Positions 41,503-51,519 of a stretch of DNA of 64,000 nt are shown piece by piece. Positions within the stretch are counted from its first letter, which is position 1; every line of letters begins with the position of its first letter. Position numbers and translations under genes: made by a program. Source of the stretch: Candidatus Sysuiplasma jiujiangense (lineage in GTDB: Archaea; Thermoplasmatota; Thermoplasmata; Sysuiplasmatales; Sysuiplasmataceae); contig JAHEAD010000001.1 in NCBI GenBank assembly GCA_019721075.1, forward strand, positions 248,001-312,000, in the 5' to 3' direction. Below the pieces are notes generated by a model. The model made no database searches. It was not told where the DNA came from and saw nothing but the letters and a program-made list of their open reading frames with translations.

Positions 41503-42237
41503 ATGACAGGCAGAACAAACATTGAGTGGTGCGACTACAGCTGGAACCCTGTAACAGGGTGCAGCAAAGTATCGGAGGGATGCCGCAACTGCTACGCGGA
41601 GGCTCTATCGCACAGGTTCGGCAGGAGCTTCGAAGTTACTCTGCATCCTGAAAGACTCACAGCCACAAGGAAGTGGAAGCCAGGCAGGATATTCGTAAAC
41701 AGCATGAGCGACCTCTTTCATGAAAACATCCCGTTTGAATTCATCACCGAAGTCATGCACGAAATGGACCGCAACAAGCAGCACACATACCTCATATTGA
41801 CCAAACGCCCCGAGAGAATGGTGGAATATTTTGGCGAAGCCTACTACGACTGCACGCTTCCTTCACATGTCTGGTTTGGGGCAAGCATTGAGAACCGCAG
41901 ATGGACAGGGAGAGCGGCAACACTCGTATGGATGAGATTATTCGCAGCACACATCTTCCTGTCATTGGAACCGCTTCTTGAGTCACTGGCTCCCTTCGAC
42001 TGGCTCTGCGATAACGTACCAGACTGGATAATCGCAGGCGGGGAAAGCGGCCCCCATTTCAGGCAGGCCGATGCACAGTGGTTCAAGGAGATTCGTGACT
42101 TTTGCACCGCACATGATATTCCATTTTTCTTCAAGCAGCCGGGCGGCCTGAGACCTGGAGGCCGTGCACTCCTCGACGGGCAGGAATGGCGTCAATCGCC
42201 GCCTGCTTGGAAGGGTTTTGTTGGAGGGAGTGAATGA
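41503..42237 (+). CDS. DUF5131 / phage Gp37Gp68 family protein
   Basis: IEWCDYSWNPVTGCSKVSEGCRNCYA, FVNSMSDLFH, LTKRP, GGESG and FFFKQ motifs. Confidence 0.92.
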   Translation: MTGRTNIEWCDYSWNPVTGCSKVSEGCRNCYAEALSHRFGRSFEVTLHPERLTATRKWKPGRIFVNSMSDLFHENIPFEFITEVMHEMDRNKQHTYLILTKRPERMVEYFGEAYYDCTLPSHVWFGASIENRRWTGRAATLVWMRLFAAHIFLSLEPLLESLAPFDWLCDNVPDWIIAGGESGPHFRQADAQWFKEIRDFCTAHDIPFFFKQPGGLRPGGRALLDGQEWRQSPPAWKGFVGGSE

Positions 42238-42368
42238 CCCAATCTGTCGCTCCGGCTTTCGAATGTCCCTCCTGCGGCGTGGAATACAACGCGGAAACCG
42301 CACGTGCGAAGGGGTTTTACTGCGGCTGCACGCCACAGCTGATATTCATGCGGAGGCTGCGGCGGTGA
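42234..42368 (+). CDS. 44-aa CPxCG zinc-finger microprotein
   Basis: FECPSCG...YCGC; ATGA overlap upstream and GTGA overlap downstream. Confidence 0.65.
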   Translation: MTQSVAPAFECPSCGVEYNAETARAKGFYCGCTPQLIFMRRLRR

Positions 42369-42583
42369 GAGTACTCCACTGCCCCAAGGGATGCGAGTTG
42401 CGTGTACTCGTCGACCGTTCGTACAGTTCCATCCGGCGTACTTGTCTGGATCACCTGCGGCACGTGCATAAGGTTTCGGGCAGTGATCTCGAGACCCTGA
42501 CGCGCGCTATGTTAGGTGCCGATTTCCGCGAGAGCCCTGAGTATGAGTTGCATAAGCTTCCAGTCTGGGAGGAAGGATATTGA
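42365..42583 (+). CDS. C2H2-like zinc-finger protein
   Basis: CPKGC...HLRHVH; translationally coupled. Confidence 0.6.
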   Translation: MRVLHCPKGCELRVLVDRSYSSIRRTCLDHLRHVHKVSGSDLETLTRAMLGADFRESPEYELHKLPVWEEGY

Positions 42584-42862
42584 CGATGCCAAAATATGTT
42601 CTGGCCATGTCGGTTATGTACCTGTTCGATGCGTCAATGCTGCCGTTTTCCACTCGAGGGTGGCAAATCTCATTTCCAACACTCACCGCATTGTATGTTG
42701 TGTCCATCATAGAAGTATCGGCAATTCTCCACATTTTATTCTCCGGCCGAAACAAATCCCTAAAATACTCCTCCTTCCAATCAAGGTAACAGCTGTGGAA
42801 AGGAGAAGTCCTTCTCCACAGCTGGGCTTCGTCCTTTCCCCGGCGGATGGAAAGGGAAAGAA

Positions 42863-43807
42863 TTGAACAAAAAGCTCCTGATTTTGCTGTGTGCCAGCGC
42901 AATGATCGTGATGGGCGCTATTGGCGCCGCTCCGCCTCAAGTCTCATCTCACAGAGGAGAGGGCATTGCAGCCTCACCTTCCGTGACACTTGTGGCACCT
43001 GTCTTCAGCCTGACGGCGCAGTACAAAGCCGTGAACATCAGTGTCACTAATCAGTCAACATCCACATCCGGTGTCATCAACTACATTGTGCACTACTCGA
43101 CTTCGTCGGCAATTACGAATGCTACGCAGAACATCTCGACGGTCAACGGGCGCGACTGGATTGAGCTCAGTGCGCTCACGCCGGGCACTGTCTACTATTT
43201 CGCAGTTGACGCGGAGAACATGACCGCACCGATAAAGAGCACATCCTTCGGTCCGCTTTCCGCCGTTCAGTCCACTGCTCCGTTGGGCATCTTTTCCTAC
43301 AATGTGGCCTTAATGAAAATCCATAAAGTAACGAAAGGAAACAAGTCCGGCGACTGGAACATCACTGTTCCGATCGCGACGCTGTCCGGCGCAAACTTCA
43401 ATTCAATGCAACTGTGGTATGACATGTCGAATGTGAGCGGGTCTGCACTGTTCAGCAGCTCACCCATCCTGCCATCGTATTCAACCATCACAAAGACGAG
43501 CTCCAACTGGACGTTCAACGATGTCGTGCTGCCCGCCGGAACTGTCTTTCTGTATGGAGTGTTCAACTTCTCTGTCTCTTCAGGCCCGTACAAGGGTCTT
43601 GGTGTCACACAAACAGGCTCACCTGCCAAACATCTGACAACCGGTCCGCAGCCGACAGGCATATTCATCTTCGGCAGCAACGGAGCAATGGCGCTGATAC
43701 TGTCGCCTCTCGGCACCGTGATCGTCATAGTTGTCGGAGTGCTGGTGGTCTACGTTGTCTTCCGCGGCGGCGAGCACGAGGAGAAAGAGAAGGAAAAGAG
43801 GAAATGA
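42863..43807 (+). CDS. Membrane-anchored surface protein with fibronectin type III domain
   Basis: Signal peptide, LTPGTVYYFAVDAEN FN3 motif, many NxS/T sequons, C-terminal TM helix and charged tail. Confidence 0.8.
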   Translation: MNKKLLILLCASAMIVMGAIGAAPPQVSSHRGEGIAASPSVTLVAPVFSLTAQYKAVNISVTNQSTSTSGVINYIVHYSTSSAITNATQNISTVNGRDWIELSALTPGTVYYFAVDAENMTAPIKSTSFGPLSAVQSTAPLGIFSYNVALMKIHKVTKGNKSGDWNITVPIATLSGANFNSMQLWYDMSNVSGSALFSSSPILPSYSTITKTSSNWTFNDVVLPAGTVFLYGVFNFSVSSGPYKGLGVTQTGSPAKHLTTGPQPTGIFIFGSNGAMALILSPLGTVIVIVVGVLVVYVVFRGGEHEEKEKEKRK

Positions 43808-43835
43808 CGGGAAGGTCGCGCAGGGAGTTGATAAG

Positions 43836-45836
43836 ATGAACTCAACAATCGAAACAGGGAATGTTCACAGGCATGTCAAAGCGCCGGGCAAGCTGCACTC
43901 GCAGAATGGCAGAAGGATTCTCATAGCTGCGCTTGTCATTGCGTCTGTGGGAATATTCATCTCATCCTCCACTGTGGTCGAGGCAGCTGTTCCGTGGTAC
44001 GTCACTGTGGGTGAAACTACAATAGCCGGTGCTGCAATAGGCGGAGCCTTCGGTGGCCCAATTGGTGCGGTAGGAGGAGCAATTGCCGGAGCGGCAGTCG
44101 GAGCATTGATAGCATATCAAATTGGACATTCAGCTAAAGGATATACTCCGTCAGTGAATATGTCACCGCAAATACAAGACCAAATAATACAAGCTTACAA
44201 TACAATTTCAGAAACAGAAAACATAGGATTTACTACTTCATCATTGGTCAATACATCATATTATTATTTTGCGCAAGAAGTAGAATCTTTTGCAACAAGA
44301 TACATTAACACTTCTCTAAATCAGTCAGAATTGATGTTAATGGCTGGAATATATGCACAACTCGATGGAATACAAATTTCCGTAGTTAGACCTATGGCAA
44401 CTGAATTAATGTTTCTGCAACAGTATGAACTCGAAAATTATGCTGGTGCTTCAAGCACTGAACAAGCAACTTTTGTTCCAGCAATAACAAATAGCGGTAA
44501 AACTGGAAATTCGATTAACCTTGGTGATTACTATTATTTAAATCAAAACAATTCTATATATTTCTGGACTTCTGGATATGTTGAATTGAAAAATATATTC
44601 ACCGGAAACATAACTAATGTAAGCGCATCATTAAGTTCAGTCACTGATACTACACCATACATAGACTATAATACGGTTCACTATGTTAGAACAGTATCGG
44701 GTTCTACAATAATTAATGCCTTATATGGTGGAATTAACTATCTGTCAACTTCTAAAAGGCTTAACCTTACTGGTTCAATATATCAAGTAGTAAAGGAAAA
44801 CGGTATCATAACTACTGACGGATTATCATTAGGTTCAAATTGGAATGGTCAAATTCAAAATTATTTCACATTAGCTAATACATATATGTTTGTCAATATG
44901 AATACTGCTAGTAATAGCTTAGCAGAAGGTTCAGCTGGAATTGTTAACACTACAAGTTCATCATCAATATATCAGTCCGCAACATCAGCAAATAACTACA
45001 ATGCCCTTGACATAGTTACTTTCGGATCATCACCAGCACCATATTACATCAGTAGCAGTGATAACATACAGGCAAATATATCCTTAGAGCCATATACAAA
45101 TATGATAAACACATTGAATACAGCTGTAAGTAATGCATATTCTTCAGCTGAAGCATACATAACAATGCTTAGAGATTTAGGCTATACAAACTACTCTCAA
45201 ATTCCGGCAAATGAAACAATACCTTTTCCATCGTGGTCAGTCCCACTAAGTCTACTCAATAATCACTTCAATGAAACACAACTTATGGCTATGTATTATG
45301 CATATCTTGAAAGCCTAAATGCCACATTCCACAACAACAACAATAAGCTCCCAGCGAACTGGACATTCAACGATACTAAATTCCTAAATTCATTCACGAT
45401 TGAGACCGGAATACTGAATATCACCAATTCCTTCGACGGCTACCACAACATCACCGGAGAATTCATGATCGAGACGAACAGTCAGCACATGAATTTCGCA
45501 GTCGGGCACACGACGAAATTCACTGCCCTGACTCCGATAGTGGCTATCAATGCAACGCTCGGCGACCCCACATATATATCAGGCGACCTGATTGAGGCCT
45601 CTCCCAACAGCACCATCTATGTGACTGCGCTATCAGTCAATGGCACTTCGGTGACTTCGACGAGCATATATCCTGCCCCGATTACCGTCGTCATCTCACC
45701 ATTCGTTTCACCCGTCACGCAGCATAATGGCGGCTTCTTCATGCAGAAGGAAGGGCCGCTGGCTACATGGGAATGGATACTCATCGGACTGATATCAGTG
45801 GTAGCAGTTGCGGCAATCTTCGAGAGGAGGGACTGA
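43836..45836 (+). CDS. Putative spike/fusion glycoprotein (pleolipovirus VP4/VP5-like)
   Basis: About 666 aa: signal peptide, Gly/Ala-rich hydrophobic segment at the mature N-terminus, large N/S/T-rich ectodomain, C-terminal TM anchor. Confidence 0.7.
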   Translation: MNSTIETGNVHRHVKAPGKLHSQNGRRILIAALVIASVGIFISSSTVVEAAVPWYVTVGETTIAGAAIGGAFGGPIGAVGGAIAGAAVGALIAYQIGHSAKGYTPSVNMSPQIQDQIIQAYNTISETENIGFTTSSLVNTSYYYFAQEVESFATRYINTSLNQSELMLMAGIYAQLDGIQISVVRPMATELMFLQQYELENYAGASSTEQATFVPAITNSGKTGNSINLGDYYYLNQNNSIYFWTSGYVELKNIFTGNITNVSASLSSVTDTTPYIDYNTVHYVRTVSGSTIINALYGGINYLSTSKRLNLTGSIYQVVKENGIITTDGLSLGSNWNGQIQNYFTLANTYMFVNMNTASNSLAEGSAGIVNTTSSSSIYQSATSANNYNALDIVTFGSSPAPYYISSSDNIQANISLEPYTNMINTLNTAVSNAYSSAEAYITMLRDLGYTNYSQIPANETIPFPSWSVPLSLLNNHFNETQLMAMYYAYLESLNATFHNNNNKLPANWTFNDTKFLNSFTIETGILNITNSFDGYHNITGEFMIETNSQHMNFAVGHTTKFTALTPIVAINATLGDPTYISGDLIEASPNSTIYVTALSVNGTSVTSTSIYPAPITVVISPFVSPVTQHNGGFFMQKEGPLATWEWILIGLISVVAVAAIFERRD

Positions 45837-45838
45837 AT

Positions 45839-46366
45839 TTGCCACATGGCAAGTCGTCGTCGCCGCGTCCAAAAGCGGCGCGCGAGGACATCACCGTAAA
45901 TGTGAATGAGGGCAGGAGGGAGGGAGGCAAGTCCTCCATCCTCAGCATCGTTCTCATTACGCTCTTGGTCTTTGCGGGCGCCTATTACTTTGTTACGACT
46001 TATGTCGCAGGCTTTGTCCAGGGCGTGCAGAACTGGTGGGCTGGTGTCGTCAATGGCTGGAACAACTTCTGGAACGGCGTGAAGCATCCGCTCGGCCTCG
46101 GCATGCTGCCAATAGGCGCCGTTCTGATGGTCCGCAAGAAGGAGGAGAAGGACAGCGGCAGCGCCGCATGGCTCATTCTCGGCATCCTGTTCATCCTGTT
46201 CACTCTCGGCGCGCTCTATGTGACATGGGCGGACTACCTCGTCGCGACTGCATTCAGCGCCCTTGGAAAGGACATATGGGGCAGCCTTCTGTTTCCCGTC
46301 GCAGCCGTCATCATCTTTCTGGCGCTCGCAGTCCTCAGCTTCCGCAAATCACATGAACTGGGTTGA
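45839..46366 (+). CDS. Small multi-TM virion membrane protein candidate
   Basis: 3-4 hydrophobic helices plus a Trp-rich amphipathic helix; TTG start after GGAGG. Confidence 0.65.
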   Translation: MPHGKSSSPRPKAAREDITVNVNEGRREGGKSSILSIVLITLLVFAGAYYFVTTYVAGFVQGVQNWWAGVVNGWNNFWNGVKHPLGLGMLPIGAVLMVRKKEEKDSGSAAWLILGILFILFTLGALYVTWADYLVATAFSALGKDIWGSLLFPVAAVIIFLALAVLSFRKSHELG

Positions 46367-46371
46367 GGTGT

Positions 46372-46692
46372 ATGGTGAGGAAGGTCAAAGTCAGGCATCC
46401 GGGCAGTCTCCGCAGATATGGCTACAATCTGCATGAATCTGAATCGGCGAGACGGAGAGCGCTCGCGAAGGCCGACAGACGATACGGCCCCGGCAAAGTT
46501 GATCAGAAGCTCGATGCGCTTAACAGGTTCAACTCGCATCATCCTGCGAACAAGGGAAAAGTCAGGCAGGACCTGAGATGGAATGAGAAGCGCGACCGCA
46601 ATGGCAGGCATGAAGAGGTCGTGTGGGTTGACCCCTACACAAGATCGGACGGCACGCATGTGAGGGGTCACGACAGAATCGTCCGCAGGTAG
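46372..46692 (+). CDS. Highly basic small protein, candidate genome-binding protein
   Basis: Arg/Lys/His-rich; PGSLRRYGY...ARRRAL and VDPYTRSDGTHVRGH. Confidence 0.7.
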   Translation: MVRKVKVRHPGSLRRYGYNLHESESARRRALAKADRRYGPGKVDQKLDALNRFNSHHPANKGKVRQDLRWNEKRDRNGRHEEVVWVDPYTRSDGTHVRGHDRIVRR

Positions 46693-46701
46693 GGCGATAC
46701 C

Positions 46702-47229
46702 GTGAAGGCGCAGGGCAGGAAAAGGGAAGAAGACGAAGCCGCCGGCGGCGCAGCGCTGCTGGTGTCGCTCATAATCGATGTGCTTCTTGCGTGGTATATC
46801 CTCTCGCCAGTGTTCAAGTCCTCGATGCCCTCCTGGCTCAACATGGGCGTGCTGCCGCTCTGGTCGCTCGAACTGCTCGCAGTCGCAAGCCTGATCGTGA
46901 CCGTCATTGCAGTCATGAAACTGCTGCCCAGGGACTGGATGGGCGCTGCTCTCCTGCCTGTAGTCAGCATCAATCTCGGCTCTCCTGCCGTCGACAAGGC
47001 AATCATCCTGGGCCTTGTCGCCATCACGCTTTATCTCATATTCCGCGAGAGCGTTATCTATGCATCAAAGCGCCATGGCGGGGCGGCAATATTCGCCACT
47101 GTGCTGGCAATCGGAATAGCGCTGATATACTTTGGTTCCACGCTGCTTGGCGTCCTTGTTGTGCTCATCTTCATCTTCATGATCATCGTCGTCATCACTC
47201 ACCGCAGGCAGGAAGGTGAAGACGAATGA
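46702..47229 (+). CDS. Polytopic membrane protein
   Basis: 5-6 TM helices; coupled to the next gene. Confidence 0.7.
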   Translation: MKAQGRKREEDEAAGGAALLVSLIIDVLLAWYILSPVFKSSMPSWLNMGVLPLWSLELLAVASLIVTVIAVMKLLPRDWMGAALLPVVSINLGSPAVDKAIILGLVAITLYLIFRESVIYASKRHGGAAIFATVLAIGIALIYFGSTLLGVLVVLIFIFMIIVVITHRRQEGEDE

Positions 47230-48620
47230 AGGTGCACTTTCTGTTCGTTTCCGCGCTTCTGCTGCTCTTCGCCACCGTTCCAGGCGTCGCTATGGCGTCT
47301 TCAGGCCCTGTGATGACAGGCATCGTGGCAAACGATGGAACCCTCATGGCTTTCTGGTATCAATCACCGGCCGGGCAGCTCACAGGATCCTATACGCTAA
47401 TTCACCCTGGCGACACTGTGCAGACCGACACAATTCAGGTATCAATATACGCACCTAATGCAGGCGGAAATATCACACTGAGCGTCGAGCAGTATCAGCT
47501 TGTTCCGACAGCGGTCTTCATTCATTCAGGGAACGCCACGGTAACGCAGAATGAGCTCCTGCCCGGCAATATTGTGTGGGACAATCAGACGCTGCAGGCA
47601 CCATATCGCACAGTGGCGACAGATACGCTGCAGCTGCCGGTTTCATCCGGCATAAGCCACGTCCGATTGAGCTATGACGGCGCTTCAATAGTTTTCCTGC
47701 ATCACACAAGCCCGATTGTGCTGCCACTTCCCTTCAGCGGTGGCGGTGTCCTGGGTGTGTTTCTCGGCGCGCTCACCCTCGGCAGCATCGTATGGATGGG
47801 TGGCACCGGAACGGCTATCAGCGTCATCAGACGGGCAAAATACTGGCCCAGGCTGTCAAGCGCCCAGGCGATGCTAATAGTATTCGGCGGGATGGCTGCC
47901 TTCGTATTTCTTGTCGCTCCGTTTTTCTATTCGCTCGGATATCTTTCGTGGTACTGGTGGATCGTGCCGTTCTACCTCGTCTCTGTTCTCATAATGCTGA
48001 ACCTGTGGCCGTCAAGGGCTTACAGGTGGGAGACCCTGCAGATACAGGGCAATGAGAGCAACACGGAGATGCAGGTATTGCGTCAGGAAATTACAGTTGC
48101 CAAGACAGAGGATGGATGGGAGCGCATACATCCATACAGCTACCGTCATGCGGTTGCCCGGTTGTTCGGCATCCACACAAAACTCACATTCGGAGAGAGC
48201 GGCCCGGTATGGTATATGAGGACAGGTGATGAAGAGACCCTGTCGTCGCACAAGTCCAGGAAAGTTTCCAGGATATACCTGCTGCCCCCGATGGGTAACG
48301 GGATGACAGTCAGATGGTCGCATCTCGGATGGAAGGGGACGGGGAAAATAAAGCGCCCGGGCATAATCGAAGGGGAATGTATCATTCCCATCAGCGGGGA
48401 GCAGATGAGACCTGTTGCTGCCGTCCTGGCGGGTCTCATCAACGTGAACGCAGTGTCGCGTGACAGGGAGACAATACGAACAAGGCTCCTCAAGTTCCAG
48501 GCGCAACTCCATGCTGGAGCTGTTAAGAGTGACGCATCTGACCTGGAGATATACATGGAGGAGTTCCACGAGCGCAGCATAAATGCGGACAGGAGGCTCG
48601 GCAGCGATGATGGGGCGTGA
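47226..48620 (+). CDS. Signal-peptide and multi-TM protein (position of the conserved pleolipovirus gene downstream of the spike)
   Basis: Extracellular beta domain, three TM helices and a cytoplasmic domain. Confidence 0.65.
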   Translation: MKVHFLFVSALLLLFATVPGVAMASSGPVMTGIVANDGTLMAFWYQSPAGQLTGSYTLIHPGDTVQTDTIQVSIYAPNAGGNITLSVEQYQLVPTAVFIHSGNATVTQNELLPGNIVWDNQTLQAPYRTVATDTLQLPVSSGISHVRLSYDGASIVFLHHTSPIVLPLPFSGGGVLGVFLGALTLGSIVWMGGTGTAISVIRRAKYWPRLSSAQAMLIVFGGMAAFVFLVAPFFYSLGYLSWYWWIVPFYLVSVLIMLNLWPSRAYRWETLQIQGNESNTEMQVLRQEITVAKTEDGWERIHPYSYRHAVARLFGIHTKLTFGESGPVWYMRTGDEETLSSHKSRKVSRIYLLPPMGNGMTVRWSHLGWKGTGKIKRPGIIEGECIIPISGEQMRPVAAVLAGLINVNAVSRDRETIRTRLLKFQAQLHAGAVKSDASDLEIYMEEFHERSINADRRLGSDDGA

Positions 48621-48993
48621 CTACCGGCCGTCACGGGCCACTCATATACCGGGCCATGACTGGCTTACGCACGAGCAGTCCGAACTGCTCAGCCAATTGA
48701 ACGCCGGTTTCAGATCTGAGACTGAATATGAGAAATGGGCGCATAAGGTGCGGACATATAGCGTGCCCGAGAAGGAGGCGCCGGGCCTTAAGGTGCTGTA
48801 CTCCGCCAACGGCACAATACCGCACGCTCTGCTCACATGGCCGGAAGGCGAAATGAAAAGGAGGTTGGTGATATCTGTCGCAATGTACCTCGTCAGGAAA
48901 GGATTCAGGCGCGAGAGCCATGCTGTTCCGCCGCCTGAGGCAACCCCTCTCGAAGCTCTGCCTGGTGTGTCACAATCGCAACGCATTGAGTAA
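48607..48993 (+). CDS. Hypothetical protein
   Basis: Overlaps the upstream stop; lies between the membrane gene and the NTPase. Confidence 0.55.
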   Translation: MMGRDYRPSRATHIPGHDWLTHEQSELLSQLNAGFRSETEYEKWAHKVRTYSVPEKEAPGLKVLYSANGTIPHALLTWPEGEMKRRLVISVAMYLVRKGFRRESHAVPPPEATPLEALPGVSQSQRIE

Positions 48994-49038
48994 TTCGATG
49001 TGCTGGGCTTGCGGCTCCTATTTCGCGAGGGATCCACA

Positions 49039-49179
49039 ATGAAAAGGAGAACAGGCGTCTGTGACAACTGCAGAAGGAGAGATGCCGTTTACACATACGG
49101 TTCACGCCATTTTTGCAGAGCATGTTATAATAGGGAGGTGAGCTCGCGAAGAGGAATGAGAGCGCTGCTGATCATGTGA
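49039..49179 (+). CDS. 46-aa zinc-finger microprotein
   Basis: CDNC...HFCRAC; GTGA-coupled to the NTPase. Confidence 0.65.
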   Translation: MKRRTGVCDNCRRRDAVYTYGSRHFCRACYNREVSSRRGMRALLIM

Positions 49180-50624
49180 CGCTGGGCGAATCGGTGACAC
49201 CGAAGAAGCTGACGATGGCGACCAATCGCCTCACTTATGAGCTGCTCGACAGGGCGCTCGAGGAGTTGCGCACGCAATATTCGCTGTATGACGACCTGCT
49301 CGGGTTCCCTTCCGTTCGCCTCTTTGTCGACCACATCGAGATGCAGGCGCGGAATCACCCGTATTTTCGCGTCTACATGACGAAGGTAGAGGCGATCCTG
49401 CGTGAATTCTCTGATGGTCACCCCGACATAATGCACGTCACATGGAGGGAATCGCACCGTCGGTTTGCGTTGGCATATGAGCTCGGCAAGGAGATAGGCA
49501 TCATCGATGTCGAGGAACGTGGATCGCACGATGGCGCAGGCGGAATGGTGGAGATAGTCGAGGCCTCTCCTGAGTTGTTTCTTTTGCCTTGGATAGAAGA
49601 CAGGATATGGAAGAAGCAACAGAATGCCATGATTGCAGTCGTGGGACTTCCTGGCTCAGGGAAGTCATATGGCGCCATAGACATTGCGCTCGAACTCGTC
49701 GAGCGAAGTAAAGGCAAGGAGGAATGCTTCCACTTCGATGTCGAGCGCGATGTGATTTTCGACATCGATACGCTGGTTGACATGGCCTACAGGCGTGACG
49801 AGCGGCTGCCCAGAGGCCAGATAATCATATTCGACGACATGGGCGTCGGTGCCGGAAACCGTGACTGGCAGAGCGATTACAATGTCATTTTGGGGAAGAT
49901 TGCGCAGAGCTTCAGATTCATGGGCTTCGTGCTGCTTGTGACAATGCCCAAAATTGAGTTCATCGAGAAGCAGGTGCGGGAGCTGCTGGCCGCAAAACTC
50001 ATAAGCATGACGAACGAGAACGGCGAGAACATCATTGGGTGCTTCAGCCTGGAGGTAGCCTGCCAGTACGGAGAGGATATCATCTATCTTCCGCCGCAGC
50101 TGGACAGGGGAGATTTCCCTGACGAATTGGGTTTCGAGATACGGGCTGAAAGGATCCAGTTGTCTTCACTGCGTCTCCGTGAGCCTCAGAAACCCGTCAC
50201 CGAGCTCTATGAGGCAAGGAAAGAGAGCGAGCTGCGGGCACAGGTCGTGAAATTGAGGGATGAGATAGAACAGGCCAAGAACATGGACGCAGTCAGACGC
50301 GAGGCTTTGACCGCGAAATACACAGCGTTAAAGGAAAAGGTCGAGGAACTGGCAGAGGCTGAGGTCGAAGCGAAGAAGGCCAAATTCGAAGCGGAAATCG
50401 AGGAGGCCGAGACCAGGAAGCAGAAAGCGAGGCGGGAGAGGAAAATGATCCAGCATGCGAATGAGGAAGAGGAGAGGCGCAAGAAGAAAATCATCCAGCT
50501 TGTAATGGAGGGAAAGAGCCAGGCAGAGATAGCCAAGGAGATGGGTGTATCAAATCAGGCCATTAATCAGGCAATTCGTAGGCTTAGAAACAGGGGAGAG
50601 CTCACAACAATCACTCAAGGTTGA
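49176..50624 (+). CDS. P-loop NTPase with coiled coil and C-terminal HTH (virion assembly ATPase candidate)
   Basis: Walker A GLPGSGKS, Walker B IIIFDD, E/K-rich coiled coil, and HTH SQAEIAKEMGVSNQAI. Confidence 0.85.
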   Translation: MTLGESVTPKKLTMATNRLTYELLDRALEELRTQYSLYDDLLGFPSVRLFVDHIEMQARNHPYFRVYMTKVEAILREFSDGHPDIMHVTWRESHRRFALAYELGKEIGIIDVEERGSHDGAGGMVEIVEASPELFLLPWIEDRIWKKQQNAMIAVVGLPGSGKSYGAIDIALELVERSKGKEECFHFDVERDVIFDIDTLVDMAYRRDERLPRGQIIIFDDMGVGAGNRDWQSDYNVILGKIAQSFRFMGFVLLVTMPKIEFIEKQVRELLAAKLISMTNENGENIIGCFSLEVACQYGEDIIYLPPQLDRGDFPDELGFEIRAERIQLSSLRLREPQKPVTELYEARKESELRAQVVKLRDEIEQAKNMDAVRREALTAKYTALKEKVEELAEAEVEAKKAKFEAEIEEAETRKQKARRERKMIQHANEEEERRKKKIIQLVMEGKSQAEIAKEMGVSNQAINQAIRRLRNRGELTTITQG

Positions 50625-50857
50625 TACCGGATATGAAACCATCGCTGTCAAATCTGGAGCTACTTATTGTTATAGCTTCCGCGTGAAGGCATGAGGGGTC
50701 GGGCCGTTTTTCGCCTCGTAGCCCTCAGGCCGGCACGCGGGGTTCCCAACACTTCATGCAGAAGTGTGCGATTAGGCTGCCCTGAATCAACATAAATGGC
50801 GGACTTTTCGACGCCCTGTATGGAAATATCAAATACAATGTGTCAGCTGTATGCTCA

Positions 50858-51472
50858 ATGCGTGTTGCACTCTATGCCCGCGTTTCCACCAAGGACAGGG
50901 AACAGGATCCTGAGAATCAGCTGATGCGGCTCAGAGATTACTGCCGTTTAAGAGGCTGGGATTTCATAGAATTTGTAGATCATGCTTCCGGAGCCAAGAC
51001 GGACAGGCCTGCGCTCAATGAACTGATGTGCAAACTCTCAATGTTTGACGGCATCCTGGTCCTCCGCCTGGATAGATTCGGCAGGTCTGTCTCTGACCTC
51101 ACATTGAAGATACGGCAAATTAGGGACATGGGCCTGTTCTTCGAAGCTGTCGACCAGGGACTGCGTATATCGGGAGACGAGAGAGATGCAGTCTCGGGAC
51201 TGATGTATAACGTCCTCGCTTCTGTGGCCGAGTTCGAGAGGGAGTTGATTTCTGACAGAGTAAGAGATGGCATAACCCGGGCACGAAAGCAGGGCAAACG
51301 GCTAGGCAGGAGGCCTGTGGCGGAACAAAGAGGCGTCAGCATTGAGCAGGTGTTTGCCTTGAGAGACAGCGGCAAGAGCATCAGGGAGATATCACAGGCG
51401 GTTGGAATAGGCAGAGGCTCTGTGCATAGGATATTGCTGTCACGAAATCCCCCTGTCGAAAACGAAGCCTGA
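50858..51472 (+). CDS. Small serine recombinase (resolvase/invertase)
   Basis: YARVST, RLDRFGRS, AEFERELI and a C-terminal HTH. Confidence 0.95.
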   Translation: MRVALYARVSTKDREQDPENQLMRLRDYCRLRGWDFIEFVDHASGAKTDRPALNELMCKLSMFDGILVLRLDRFGRSVSDLTLKIRQIRDMGLFFEAVDQGLRISGDERDAVSGLMYNVLASVAEFERELISDRVRDGITRARKQGKRLGRRPVAEQRGVSIEQVFALRDSGKSIREISQAVGIGRGSVHRILLSRNPPVENEA

Positions 51473-51493
51473 TTCACGCAAGGAACGTCCCCT

Positions 51494-51519
51494 GTCCCAG
51501 AAACAGTTGTTTGTGGGAC
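51494..51519. promoter_or_regulatory. Putative serine-recombinase crossover site
   Basis: GTCCCAGAAACA-GT-TGTTTGTGGGAC: 12-bp arms (11/12 symmetric) around a 2-bp core, 21 bp after the recombinase stop. Confidence 0.6.

Noticed and set aside
42507..42902. Overlapping small ORFs (42580+ hydrophobic, 42507-)
   Set aside because: Cannot tell which, if any, is real; no motifs.
45331..45345. (AAC)n microsatellite in the spike gene as a phase-variation tract
   Set aside because: Only about four in-frame triplets encoding Asn; slippage would not shift the frame.
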